64,000 nucleotides of DNA, taken from positions 320,001 through 384,000 of the forward strand of contig CAVSGI010000015.1 of the NCBI GenBank assembly GCA_963727445.1, in the 5' to 3' direction. Made by a program: the position numbers and the translations under genes. The DNA is from an uncultured delta proteobacterium (GTDB lineage: Bacteria; Myxococcota_A; Polyangia; Polyangiales; B10-G4). Shown piece after piece: positions 49,976-59,702 of the stretch. The notes under the pieces were generated by a model. It made no database searches. It had not been told where the DNA came from and saw only the letters and a list, made by a program, of their open reading frames with translations. Within the stretch, counting starts at the first letter, position 1, and each line of letters starts with the position of its first letter.

Positions 49976-50917
49976 ATGACGGCGGTCGCGCAGCAGGTCT
50001 TCGTCTGTCGCGTCCTGCCCGTGGACGCCAAGTCCTTCTTCGGGCCGGGGGTGAAGGTGAGCGTCTTCGATGCGCCGCGCCCGCCGACCCGCGCCGAGAT
50101 CCTCGAAGAGGCGAAGGGGGCGGGAGGCCTCGTGACCCTGCTCTCGGACGAGGTGGACGGAGAGCTCCTCGATGCGCTCCCCGACGTCCGCGTCGTCGCG
50201 AACTTCGCCGTCGGCTACGACAACATCGACGTCGACGCATGCACCGCCCGCGGCGTTTGGGTCACCAACACGCCCGACGTGCTGACCGAGGCCACCGCCG
50301 ACCTCACCCTCGCATTGATCCTCGCGGTCGCCCGGCGTCTGCACGAGGGCGAGCGACTGGTGCGCGAGGGACGCTTCGATGGATGGAGCCCCACGATGCT
50401 TCTCGGGATGGAGCTGTCGGGGAAGACCCTCGGCATCTACGGACCGGGGCGCATCGGTCAGGCGGTGGCGCGTCGTGCCGAGGCGTTCGGGATGGAGATC
50501 CTGGCGACGGGACGGGGCAGCGGCGTGCCTTTCGAAGAGCTCCTCGCGCACTCGGACGTGATCAGCATCCACGCGCCCCTCACCGAGCAGACGTGGCACG
50601 CCTTCGACGACGCCGCTTTTGCCCGGATGAAGCCGACCGCGCTCCTCATCAACACGGCGCGCGGGCCGATCGTCGACGAGGGGGCCCTGGTGGGCGCCCT
50701 CCGCGCGGGCCGCATCGCCGGCGCGGGCCTCGACGTCTACGAAGAGGAGCCGCGCGTCCACGAGCGTCTTCTCCGCCGAGACGACGTCGTGCTCCTCCCC
50801 CATCTGGGGAGCGCCACCCGCGAAACGCGTCGGGCCATGGCGCAGCTCGCCCTCGACAATTGCGCCGCCGTGCTGCGCGGCGAGCGTCCGCCCAATGCAG
50901 TGAACGAGTTGGGATGA
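49976..50917 (+). CDS. D-2-hydroxyacid dehydrogenase (glyoxylate reductase/D-glycerate dehydrogenase)
   Basis: AVGYDNID, NTPDVLTEATAD, GPGRIG, INTARG, GLDVYEEEP, PHLGSAT. Confidence 0.9.
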   Translation: MTAVAQQVFVCRVLPVDAKSFFGPGVKVSVFDAPRPPTRAEILEEAKGAGGLVTLLSDEVDGELLDALPDVRVVANFAVGYDNIDVDACTARGVWVTNTPDVLTEATADLTLALILAVARRLHEGERLVREGRFDGWSPTMLLGMELSGKTLGIYGPGRIGQAVARRAEAFGMEILATGRGSGVPFEELLAHSDVISIHAPLTEQTWHAFDDAAFARMKPTALLINTARGPIVDEGALVGALRAGRIAGAGLDVYEEEPRVHERLLRRDDVVLLPHLGSATRETRRAMAQLALDNCAAVLRGERPPNAVNELG

Positions 50918-51846
50918 GCGAGGCCGAGCCGCGCGTCCAGGACTTCCTGCCGGACCTCGAGGTGGCGCGCGGCGCCGGGCTCCGGCTTCCTGCGCGCGTC
51001 TGGTGGCGGCTCGGTCTCGAGGTCGATCTCATGGATCGCGATCCCATCGAAGTGCGCCGCGTCGCGGCGATCATCGTGAGCGCACGCGTCTTGCGTCGTC
51101 GTCGTCTCGCCTACCAGCAGGAGGTCCCGGCGGCCGAGGCGGCACGCGCACCCGAAGCGATTCCGAAGCCGATCATCGACTTGAATCACGAGTCGCGACA
51201 GAGGGTGATCACCGATGTCGTCGCCGGTCCGGAGCGCTGCACGCGTTGCGTGAACGGGCAGGTGAGCTGCCTGGTCTGCCTCGGCCGAGGCTACGTCGAC
51301 GTCAGCCAGAGCAGCTATGAGGCGGCGGCGACTCGGCCGTGCAGGGCCTGCGCACAGCGAGGGACGCAGACCTGTTCTCATTGTGGCGGGAGCACGGAGA
51401 CGATGCGGGTGCGATGCGTCGACGTGATCGATGAGGTGGTGCGCCTCGACTACCCCTACGTGCCCACCATGTCCTTCGCCCTCGAAGAGAAGGTGCGTAC
51501 GGCCTTGGAGGAGGAGCTCGGCACCGAGCGCGCCGTCGCGAGCTGCCTCCGGGTAGACCTCTCGTCACAGAGACACGGCGGACCGTACCGGGAGGCGAAG
51601 CGAGAGCCGACGTTTCGAGGCTTCGTCTATGCCGACGCCCTCGGCAAGGCGCGCGCCGCTCTGGCTCAGCTCCGGGGGGAGGAGCCACTGGCGGAGGAGA
51701 TCCTGATCCACGCGCGCCCCATCTCGTGGCTCCGCTACGAGGCGTGGGGTGTGACTCGGGAAGTCGCGCTCTTCGTCGACCTCGTCGGGGATCTCCGGGC
51801 CATGGTCGCCGACGGTGGCCTTTCGGGAGTAGAGTCCGCCCCGTGA
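50914..51846 (+). CDS. Hypothetical protein with DnaJ-type zinc-finger repeats
   Basis: CTRCVNG, CLVCLGRG, CRACAQRG, CSHCGG; overlaps both neighbours by 4 nt. Confidence 0.65.
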   Translation: MSEAEPRVQDFLPDLEVARGAGLRLPARVWWRLGLEVDLMDRDPIEVRRVAAIIVSARVLRRRRLAYQQEVPAAEAARAPEAIPKPIIDLNHESRQRVITDVVAGPERCTRCVNGQVSCLVCLGRGYVDVSQSSYEAAATRPCRACAQRGTQTCSHCGGSTETMRVRCVDVIDEVVRLDYPYVPTMSFALEEKVRTALEEELGTERAVASCLRVDLSSQRHGGPYREAKREPTFRGFVYADALGKARAALAQLRGEEPLAEEILIHARPISWLRYEAWGVTREVALFVDLVGDLRAMVADGGLSGVESAP

Positions 51847-52535
51847 CGGATTCCATCTCCTTCGAAGTTCAAGACGACGTCGCCGTGCTGCGCATGGACG
51901 ACGGCAAGGTCAACGCGCTTTCGCCCGCGGTGGTCGACGCGCTCACCGAGCATCTGCCGCGGGCCATCGCCGAGGCCAAGGCGCTGGTGATCACCGGGCG
52001 ACCGGGTGCTTTCTCGGCGGGCTTCGACCTGAAGGTGTTGATGAGCGGGCCGGAGGCGGCGCGCGATCTGCTGACGCGCGGGGGCGAGCTCTTCATGCGC
52101 ATCTACGAGCACCCGCAGCCGGTGGTCGCCGCGGTGACCGGGCACGCGCTCGCGGGCGGCGCGCTCCTCTCGGCATCGTGCGATCTGCGCATCGGCGCGA
52201 CGGGCGCGTTCAAGATCGGGCTGAACGAGATCCAGGCTGGAATGCCCGTGCCCATCCTGGCGCACGACCTCGCACGCGATCGTCTCGACCCGCGCAAGCT
52301 CACGGAGTCCGTTCTCTTCGCCCGCATGTACACGCCGGGCGAAGCGGTGGAGGTCGGGTGGCTCGACCGCGTCGCCGAGGCCGACGAGGTGGAGGGCGAA
52401 GCCGTCCGCATGGCGAAGGAGCTCGGCCAGCTCGCGCCGGGGCCCTACGCTCGCACCAAGGCGAGCCTGAGGCGCCAGACCATCGACCACATCCGCAACA
52501 CGCTCGAAGCGGACCTCGACAGCTTCGCGCGCTAG
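51843..52535 (+). CDS. Crotonase/enoyl-CoA hydratase family protein
   Basis: DDGKVNAL, FSAGFDL, GHALAGG, IGLNE. Confidence 0.88.
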   Translation: MTDSISFEVQDDVAVLRMDDGKVNALSPAVVDALTEHLPRAIAEAKALVITGRPGAFSAGFDLKVLMSGPEAARDLLTRGGELFMRIYEHPQPVVAAVTGHALAGGALLSASCDLRIGATGAFKIGLNEIQAGMPVPILAHDLARDRLDPRKLTESVLFARMYTPGEAVEVGWLDRVAEADEVEGEAVRMAKELGQLAPGPYARTKASLRRQTIDHIRNTLEADLDSFAR

Positions 52536-52547
52536 TCTAGACTGGCT

Positions 52548-53108
52548 CTACTCGTGCGCGGTGCGCGAGGCGCCTTCGATGCGGGGGCGCTCGAGCATGT
52601 GGCTGTAGCCCTCGTTCGGGCGGCGCAGGCCGCGGCTGCTCTCGCTGACCACAGGCTCGACGTGGCGGTCGAGGGCCCAGGTGGCCTCGTTGGTGCCGCG
52701 AGCGAACTCCTCACCCACGGTGGAGAAGGTCAAAAGGTGCGGGTCGACGCCGACGGCGACCAGGTAGTCGCGCACCGTCTGGGCGCGGCGCTCGCCGAGG
52801 GCCAGGTTGTACTCTTCGGTGCCGCGGGGATCGGCGGAGCCGACCAGGTGGACCGGCATGCCGCGCTCGCGCGAGACGCACTCGGCGATGCGCTCGAGCT
52901 CGAAGGTGGAGCGCGCGTCGAGATCGGCCGAGTTGTAACCGAAGAAGAGCGTGCCCACCTGACAGGGGTCGCCCAGCGACAGCACCTCTACCTCGGTGTC
53001 ACCGTTTTGCGCGCGCACCCGCAAGGGGTCCTGTCGTTCAGTGGTCTTGGCGCCGCCACAGGCGGCGAGAAATGTGATGAGCGCGAGGCTCAGGATCGTG
53101 CGGTTCAT
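52548..53108 (-). CDS. OmpA/Pal family peptidoglycan-associated lipoprotein
   Basis: FLAAC lipobox, FFGYNS, GSADPRGTEEYNLALGERRA. Confidence 0.85.
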   Translation of the reverse strand: MNRTILSLALITFLAACGGAKTTERQDPLRVRAQNGDTEVEVLSLGDPCQVGTLFFGYNSADLDARSTFELERIAECVSRERGMPVHLVGSADPRGTEEYNLALGERRAQTVRDYLVAVGVDPHLLTFSTVGEEFARGTNEATWALDRHVEPVVSESSRGLRRPNEGYSHMLERPRIEGASRTAHE

Positions 53109-53214
53109 CTGTCTCCCTCCGTGAGCCGCGCATCGTTCGCCCGCGCCGGCTTCACTTACCCCCGAAGTGCACGACACCCCCTCGGGTGGTCAAAAAAGCG
53201 GCGCGCGGCGCGCG

Positions 53215-56200
53215 TCAGTGAAAGTCCCGAGATGGGGGCGCCGCCTGGAGGTCGAGCTCCGGGAGGAAGAGCGAGTCGGCCACCAGGTGGGTCACGCCCT
53301 CGCCGACCTGGAGCTTGCCGCGTATGCCGAGGAGCTTCGCCGTCTTGCCGATGAGCTCGTGCTTTTCGAAGACGCGGCGCCACACCACGACGTTCACGAA
53401 GCCCGTCTCGTCCTCCATGGTGAAGAAGACGACGCCGCTCGCCGTGCCGGGGCGTTGGCGGCAGAATCACCATGCCCACGTAGGTGAGGCGGTGGCCGTC
53501 GGGGAGCTGGCCGACGGTGCGCGCGTCGGGGATGCCCTTTCCCCGCAGGGCGTCGCGATGCTGCGACATGGGGTGGCCGCGGGTGGAGTGAGCGCTCGCG
53601 CGATAGTCCCAGCTCACTGCCTCGGCCGCGCCCAGCGCCGGAAACGCCACGCGCCGCTTCGCGGGCGTCAGCGGCAGCGGGTCTCGCGCGTGCGGCGCGA
53701 GCCCCCGCACCTGCCACATCGTCTCGCGCCGCCCCTCGCCGAAGGCGTCGAGGGCGCCAGCCTCGCCGAGGCGCACCAGCGCGCGCTCCGGCAGGCGCGT
53801 CCCGCGGACGAAATCCTCGAGGCTCTCCCAGCGCGGGCCCGGCCCCAGCCAGGGCTCGAGCGCCTCCTTTTCGCGGGTCCCGAAACCCTTCACGTAGCGA
53901 AGCCCCATCCTGAGAGCGAGCCCGCCGCGCGAGGCCTCGGACGGCTCGAGCCCGCAGTCCCAGCCCGAGCGCGTCACGTCCACCGGCCGCACCTCGACCC
54001 CCGCCCGCTGCGCGTCTTCGACCAGGGTCGAGGGCGCGTAGAAGCCCATTGGCTGGGCGTCCAACATGGCGCAGGCGAAGGCCGCCGGATGGTGGCGTTT
54101 GAGCCACGCCGTCACGTAGGAAAGGAGCGCGAAGCTCGCTGCGTGGCTCTCGGGGAAGCCGTATTCCCCGAAGCCCTCGATCTGCGAAAAGACCCGCTCG
54201 GCGAAGGCCGCGTCGACGCCCTTTTCGATCATCCGCGAGACCAGGCGTTCGCGGTGCTGCTCGATGCGGCCCTTGCTGCGCCAGGCCGCCATGTCGCGGC
54301 GCAGCTGATCCGCCTCACCCGGCGTGTAGTCGCCGACGATGACGGCGAGCTTCATCACCTGCTCCTGGAAGATCGGGACGCCCAGGGTCTTCTTCAGCAC
54401 CGGCTCGAGGGTCGGGTGGGGATAGACCACCGGCTCCTCGCCCTTTCGCCGCCGGAGATAGGGATGGACCATGTCCCCCTGGATCGGCCCTGGCCGCACG
54501 ATCGCCACTTCGATCACAAGGTCGTAGAAAGTCCGCGGCTGAAGGCGCGGCAGCATCGCCATCTGCGCGCGGCTCTCGATCTGAAAGACGCCGACAGTGT
54601 CGCCCTCGGAGCACATCGCGTAGGTCGCGGGGTCCTCGGCGGGCACGGTCGCGATGCCGAGGTCGAGATCGTCGTGGGTGCGCAGCAGGTCGAAGCAGCG
54701 GTGGATGGCCGTGAGGCAGCCGAGCCCGAGGAGATCGATCTTGAACAGGCCCAGATCCTCGACGTCCTGTTTGTCCCACTGGATGACCGTGCGGTCCTCC
54801 ATGGTGGCCGGCTCGATGGGCACCAGCGTGTCGACGGGCTCAGCGCCGAGGAGAAAGCCGCCTGGATGGATCGACAAGTGGCGGGGGAAGTCGAGGAGCT
54901 CGGCGGTGAGGGCGAGGAGGTGCCGGGTCGCGGGCGCGCTCACGTCGAGCCCCGCCGAGGAGAGGGTCTCGAGGTCGACCGTGTCGCTGTGGTAGCTGAG
55001 CAGGCGCGCTACGCCGTCGACGTCGGTCTGGGGGATGCCGAGCACCTTGCCCACGTCGCGCACCGCCGATCGGGCGCGATACCGGATCACGTTCGCCACC
55101 ATCGCGGCGTGGCGCCGGCCGTAGCGTCGATACACCCACTGGATGACCTCCTCGCGGCGCTCGTGTTCGATGTCGAGGTCGATGTCCGGAGGCTCGGCGC
55201 GCTCGCGGCTGAGGAAGCGCTCGAAGAGCAGGTCCATGCGCACCGGGTCGATGGCGGTGATGCCGAGGCAGAAGCACACCGCGCTGTTCGCGGCGCTGCC
55301 GCGGCCCTGGCAGAGGATCTGCTCGCGGCGGCAGTGCTCGACGATCTCGTACATCGTCAGGAAGTAGCCGCCGTATTCGAGGGAATCGATCACCTCGAGC
55401 TCTCGCTCGAGCTGCGCCGCCACCTTTGTGGGCACGCCGCCCGGATAGCGCTTCTGCGCGCCCTCGAAGGTCAGGTGACGCAGCCAATCGGACTCAGCGT
55501 AGCCCTGGGGTGGCGGCTCGGCGGGGTAGCGATAGTCGAGGTGGTCGAGGCGGAAGGCGCAGCGCTCGCCGATCTCGAGGGTGCGATCGACGGCGGCCTG
55601 GTCGTCGCGAAAGAGCGCCCGCATGGCCGCGACCGAGGCGATGGCGTGCTCGGCGTTCTGGCGGATGCGCGTGCCGGCGTCCGCGAGGCGCACCCCGGCG
55701 CGGATGCAAGCGACCACGTCCGCCACCGCCCTGCGCCGCCGCGCGTGATAGAGCACCTCCTGCCCGGCCACGATGGGAAGATTGTGAAGGCGGGCGGCGC
55801 CGCGGAGCGCCTGCTCCACCGGGATCTCCTCGGCGCAGAGGTGTCGGGTGACGAGCGTGAAGGCATCCTCGCCGAAGGACTCGGCCGCGAGGGGGATCAG
55901 GGCGACGTCCGGACAGAGCGCCACCAGCCCACCGCTGCGCCCTGCATCGCGCACCTCCGCGGGCCGGCTCAGGCTCTCGCCCTTTTCGGAGCGAAGCCGG
56001 CCGAGGCTCAAGAGCCGGCAGAGCGCGCCATAGCCCGCGCGGTCTTTCGCGAGCAGGACCAGGCGTGCGGGCGGGGCACCGGGCTCGCCCACCGAGACCT
56101 GCGCGCCCGCCATCGTATCGAGGCCGATCTCCTTCGCCTTCATCCAGGCGCGGACCAATCCGTACACGCCATCGCGGTCGGTGATGGCGATCGCGGGAAG

Positions 56201-56308
56201 GCCGAGGGCATGCGCCGCGGTGACCAGCTCCTCGGGGTGGCTCGCGCCTTCGAGGAAGGAGTAGTTGCTCTTCACCCAGAGCGGCACATAGGGGTGGGCG
56301 TTCGTCAA
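53215..56308 (-). CDS. dnaE2: Error-prone DNA polymerase DnaE2/ImuC; apparent frameshift at ~53465
   Basis: SNYSFLEGASHPEEL, GRGSAANS, PPDIDLDIEH, FQIESRAQM, YGFPESHAASFA; RQRPGTASG...EDETG...SRDFH C-terminus in the shifted frame. Confidence 0.93.
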
Positions 56309-57822
56309 TCGACCATCCCGTGGAGAAACCACCGCTTGCGCGGCCGGTCCCAATAGAGCCAAAGCAGCTCGCCGCTCGCGGTCTCGGCGTAGTAGTAGTC
56401 GCGCTCCACCTTGCGCACCCACCAGCCGCCGCTGATGCGGTAGGGCCCGAAGAGACGGAGCACGGCGTCGCCGTCGTCGAGCATCGGGCCGGCGCTCGGA
56501 TCCGAGGCGTCGCGGCTGCTGAGCGGGCGCGGCTTCGAAAGTACCCGGCGCATCAACGGCGGCGCGCTGTCGCCGGTGGGCTCGCGGGCGGCTTCATCCG
56601 TCTTCGAAAGACGCAGGCGATCGGCGGGCTCCCAGGCGAAACGCGCCTCGGGCAGGTGCGCGTCGCGGAGGCGTGGCCGCGTGACCGAGCCCTCCCCGAA
56701 GGCCGCGCGCACCCGCGCCAGGGCACGCTCGCCTGCGGCGAGATCGCGTCGCGGGCCGAGGCGGAACATGGCGAGCTGATCGCCCTCGGGGCGCGCCGTC
56801 TCGGCGACGAGGGTCAGGCGCTCGACGGCGGCGGGGAGCGTCGTGTCGCCGAGGCGGAGGCGTACGAGGTCGAGCAGGAGCATGGCGTCGCGGGTCGGCG
56901 TGGCGGGCTCGATGCGCTCGGCGTGCGTGTGGCCATCTTCGAGGTGGAGCTTCAGATGGAGCGCGCCGAGGACCAGGGCGCGGGAGCGGACGTTCGTCAG
57001 GAGCTCGTGCAGGGCGCCCTTGATGCCGAAGAGGAGGCGTGCGTGGTCGTCGTCGGGGGGATCGATCTCGAGGCTGACCTCGATGGGCTCGTCGAAGGCG
57101 CGCGGCTGGATCGGGAGCTGGGCCTCCTCGGCGGCGGCGGCCTGCAGACGCCCGGTCTCCTCGCCGAAACGCGACTTCAGCTCGCCCGCGGGCAGGCGCA
57201 GGAGATCACCGATGGTCCGCACCGAGAGCGCGGCGAGATCATCCCTGAGACGCGGCGACAGGCCGAGGGCGGCGAGCGGGACGGCCTCGAGGCGGCGGCG
57301 GGTCGCCCGTGGATCGGCCAGGACCCGGGCGCCGCCCGTGGTGCGCGCGATGGCGAAGGCGGCGAAGCGGCCGTGGGCGATGACCACCGAGGCGACGAAG
57401 CCGCGGCCCTTGAGGTAGCCCTGCACCGCGTCGGCCCAGGTGCGCGGATCGCCGTAGATGCGACCGAGCCCGGAGGGATCGACGTAGAACGTGCCGGGGC
57501 GCTCGAGGTCGGGCTCGACCCGCGGCGAGAAGGTCTGCAGCGCGATCACCAGCTCCTCGACGATGCGGGTGATGCGCTCCGCAGAGATAGGGCCAGCGCG
57601 CAGGGCGGGGACCAGGTTCCGCGCGGCGCCGTAGCGCATGCCAGTGCTCAGGTGCAGGCGCGACGCCTTGGCGTCGACGTGGGTCAGTGGCGCTTCGGGG
57701 CGATCCTCGGCGACCACGGCGAGGGGGTGACCGACGAAGTCGGGCCGATCTCGGCGAAGGATCTGCAGCGGCAGATCCGGAAGGTCGACGCACGCGAAGA
57801 GAGCACCGCCCCTGTCACCCAC
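56305..57822 (-). CDS. imuB: ImuB, inactive Y-family polymerase
   Basis: Y-family-like N-terminus without catalytic motifs; GPYRISGGWW, ERDYYYA, WFLHG C-terminus; between imuA and dnaE2. Confidence 0.88.
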   Translation of the reverse strand: MGDRGGALFACVDLPDLPLQILRRDRPDFVGHPLAVVAEDRPEAPLTHVDAKASRLHLSTGMRYGAARNLVPALRAGPISAERITRIVEELVIALQTFSPRVEPDLERPGTFYVDPSGLGRIYGDPRTWADAVQGYLKGRGFVASVVIAHGRFAAFAIARTTGGARVLADPRATRRRLEAVPLAALGLSPRLRDDLAALSVRTIGDLLRLPAGELKSRFGEETGRLQAAAAEEAQLPIQPRAFDEPIEVSLEIDPPDDDHARLLFGIKGALHELLTNVRSRALVLGALHLKLHLEDGHTHAERIEPATPTRDAMLLLDLVRLRLGDTTLPAAVERLTLVAETARPEGDQLAMFRLGPRRDLAAGERALARVRAAFGEGSVTRPRLRDAHLPEARFAWEPADRLRLSKTDEAAREPTGDSAPPLMRRVLSKPRPLSSRDASDPSAGPMLDDGDAVLRLFGPYRISGGWWVRKVERDYYYAETASGELLWLYWDRPRKRWFLHGMVD

Positions 57823-57837
57823 GATCCCCTCACCCGA

Positions 57838-58467
57838 TCAGGGGAGCCCCCACGGCGCTCGCCGCCGCTCCGCGCTCAGCGCCCCTCCCCCGAGCTTGTC
57901 TTTCATGATCCGCTGCTCGACGGCGAAGCGGCCGGGCGCCCGTCGCTCGTGGCGCGGGGCGATCCGAAGCGACACCATCGCCCCGAGCGAAGGGTCGCCC
58001 TCGTCGCGATCGCTGAGGAGGATCACGCGTGATCCGTGCTTGCGCGCCATCGCTGAGAGGCGGCCCTGCCATGCGTCCCCGCGAGGAATGCCCGCGGTGA
58101 GATCGACGACCACCAAACCGAACGCGCCGGAGCGCAGGAGCATCTCGGCTGCCTTCGAGATCCCATGCGCCCCGGCACGCCGAGGAATTCGAATGACGAT
58201 CAGGGCATCGAGATCGATCCCCGAGTCCGCGAGGTCCGGCGGATAGAGGGAGCCGTCCTCGAGCTGCACCCACACCACCGGCTCGTCGGCGCGCTGCGCC
58301 CTCATCACGAGGGAGACCGCCAGCGTGGTGCGCCCGGAGGAACGCCTTCCGCTCAGCTCCGAGAGTCGGCCGGGATCGACGCGCTCCGCCAGCGACTTCG
58401 GCGGCGCGAGTGGGGCCTCACGCCTTGGCTTTGCGCTCGCAGAAGAGAGTGAAACGACGGCCGCCAC
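57838..58467 (-). CDS. imuA: ImuA, RecA-like protein
   Basis: GRLSELSG..SSGRTTL, YPPDLADSGIDLDAL, LLRSGAFGLVVVD; GTG 58467 chosen from the promoter position. Confidence 0.85.
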   Translation of the reverse strand: MAAVVSLSSASAKPRREAPLAPPKSLAERVDPGRLSELSGRRSSGRTTLAVSLVMRAQRADEPVVWVQLEDGSLYPPDLADSGIDLDALIVIRIPRRAGAHGISKAAEMLLRSGAFGLVVVDLTAGIPRGDAWQGRLSAMARKHGSRVILLSDRDEGDPSLGAMVSLRIAPRHERRAPGRFAVEQRIMKDKLGGGALSAERRRAPWGLP

Positions 58468-58474
58468 GTCACCC

Positions 58475-58502
58475 AATATACTGAACCCATGTCCAGTGTC
58501 AA
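58475..58502 (-). promoter_or_regulatory. imuABC promoter with a LexA-like (SOS) box in the spacer
   Basis: Minus strand TTGACA-CTGGACATGGGTTCAG-TATATT; the spacer is an imperfect palindrome resembling the Myxococcus LexA box CTRHAMRYBYGTTCAGS. Confidence 0.8.
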
Positions 58503-58590
58503 GGCGGTATCGATCGGGATCACTTTCGACACTCGCATGGGCCATGGCGCACGTCGAGGACGGGTGGGGCCAGGACCGACTGACAGGCGC

Positions 58591-58700
58591 GCGAAAAGTT
58601 GAAAAGTGTAGACCGTCCCCGTTTGGGATTTCGAGCGGGAAAGCGGAGCGATTTCGAGGGCGGCGGCGGGGGCGAAAGTTGAAAAGTTTAGACCGTCCCC
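58591..58700. repeat. Pair of ~29-30 bp direct repeats
   Basis: GCGAAAAGTTGAAAAGTGTAGACCGTCCCC (58591-58620) and GCGAAAGTTGAAAAGTTTAGACCGTCCCC (58672-58700). Confidence 0.85.
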
Positions 58701-59620
58701 TTTTTTTCGCGTTTTAGCTCTTCGAGCTCTTCGAGGGTTTTGGGCCAGTCGCCTTTGAGGAGGCGCGAGAGGCTGCGGTCGGCGAGGAGCTTGCCGCCGG
58801 TCTGGCAGGTGGCGCAGTAGTTCACTTCGTTGTCGGCGCGGCGGATGCGCTGGACCGGGTCGCCGCAGCGCGGGCAGGGCTCACCGTACTTGCCGTGCAC
58901 GGCCATCTCGGGACGGAAGGCCGTGACCTTGTCGGGGAAGCCGTCGCCCACCTCCGCGATGAGGCGGTCGCGCCACTCCGCGAGGACCTTCTTCGTGACC
59001 TGGTGCAGGCGCGCGATCTCTTCGTCGTCGAGGCGACTCGTCCACTTCACGGGGCTCAGCTGCGCCTCCCAGAGGATCTCGTCCGAGTAGCCGTTGCCGA
59101 CGCCGCTCAGGATCCGCGGATCGGTCATGGCGCGCTTCACGGTGTGGTTCTTCTCCGTGAGCGCGGCGCGGAATTCCTCGAGGCTCGCGGACAGGACGTC
59201 GATGCCGCCCGGGTCGTGGGCCGCGAGCCCAGCCTCACCACGCACGCAGTAGAGCGACGCCCGCTTCTTCTTGCTCGCCTCGGTGAGCATCAGCGTGCCC
59301 TTCGGAAAGTCGAGGGCGGCGAGGCTCAGGCGGCGGTTGAGCTTGGCGTCGCGCTCCTTCCACCGGAAGCGGCCTGCGATCATGAGGTGGAAGACCATGA
59401 AGAGGGCTCGCTCCTCACCGTCCTGACGACCCATCTCGAAGACGATCCGCTTGCCGATTCGGCGCAGCCCGACGACCGCGCGCCCTTCCATCGCGGAGAT
59501 CGGCGGGTCGACCGAGCGGAGCAGGAAGGGGCTCGCCAGGCGAACCCTCTCTAGCACCTCACCTTTCACGTGGCGCTCGAGAGCCGAGAGGTAGAGCTCG
59601 ATATCCGGGAGCTCGGGCAT
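58688..59620 (-). CDS. Fpg/Nei family DNA glycosylase
   Basis: MPELPDIE N-terminus, HLMIAG, GVGNGYSDEIL (H2TH), CPRCG...CATCQ zinc finger. Confidence 0.9.
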   Translation of the reverse strand: MPELPDIELYLSALERHVKGEVLERVRLASPFLLRSVDPPISAMEGRAVVGLRRIGKRIVFEMGRQDGEERALFMVFHLMIAGRFRWKERDAKLNRRLSLAALDFPKGTLMLTEASKKKRASLYCVRGEAGLAAHDPGGIDVLSASLEEFRAALTEKNHTVKRAMTDPRILSGVGNGYSDEILWEAQLSPVKWTSRLDDEEIARLHQVTKKVLAEWRDRLIAEVGDGFPDKVTAFRPEMAVHGKYGEPCPRCGDPVQRIRRADNEVNYCATCQTGGKLLADRSLSRLLKGDWPKTLEELEELKREKKGTV

Positions 59621-59702
59621 GGGTAGGAGTATCGAGCCCCTGCCCCTTTTCGTCGATTCGTCGACAGGTGGCCCTCGCGCCAGGGACAATGGATCGATCG
59701 CG

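Noticed and set aside
58591..58700. Mini CRISPR array
   Set aside because: Only two repeat copies, a low-complexity 51-nt spacer, overlap with a gene end, and no cas genes in the window
59562..59577. Additional parS-like half sites (TTTCACGTGG near 59564 and 63402)
   Set aside because: Only one arm matches; not palindromic
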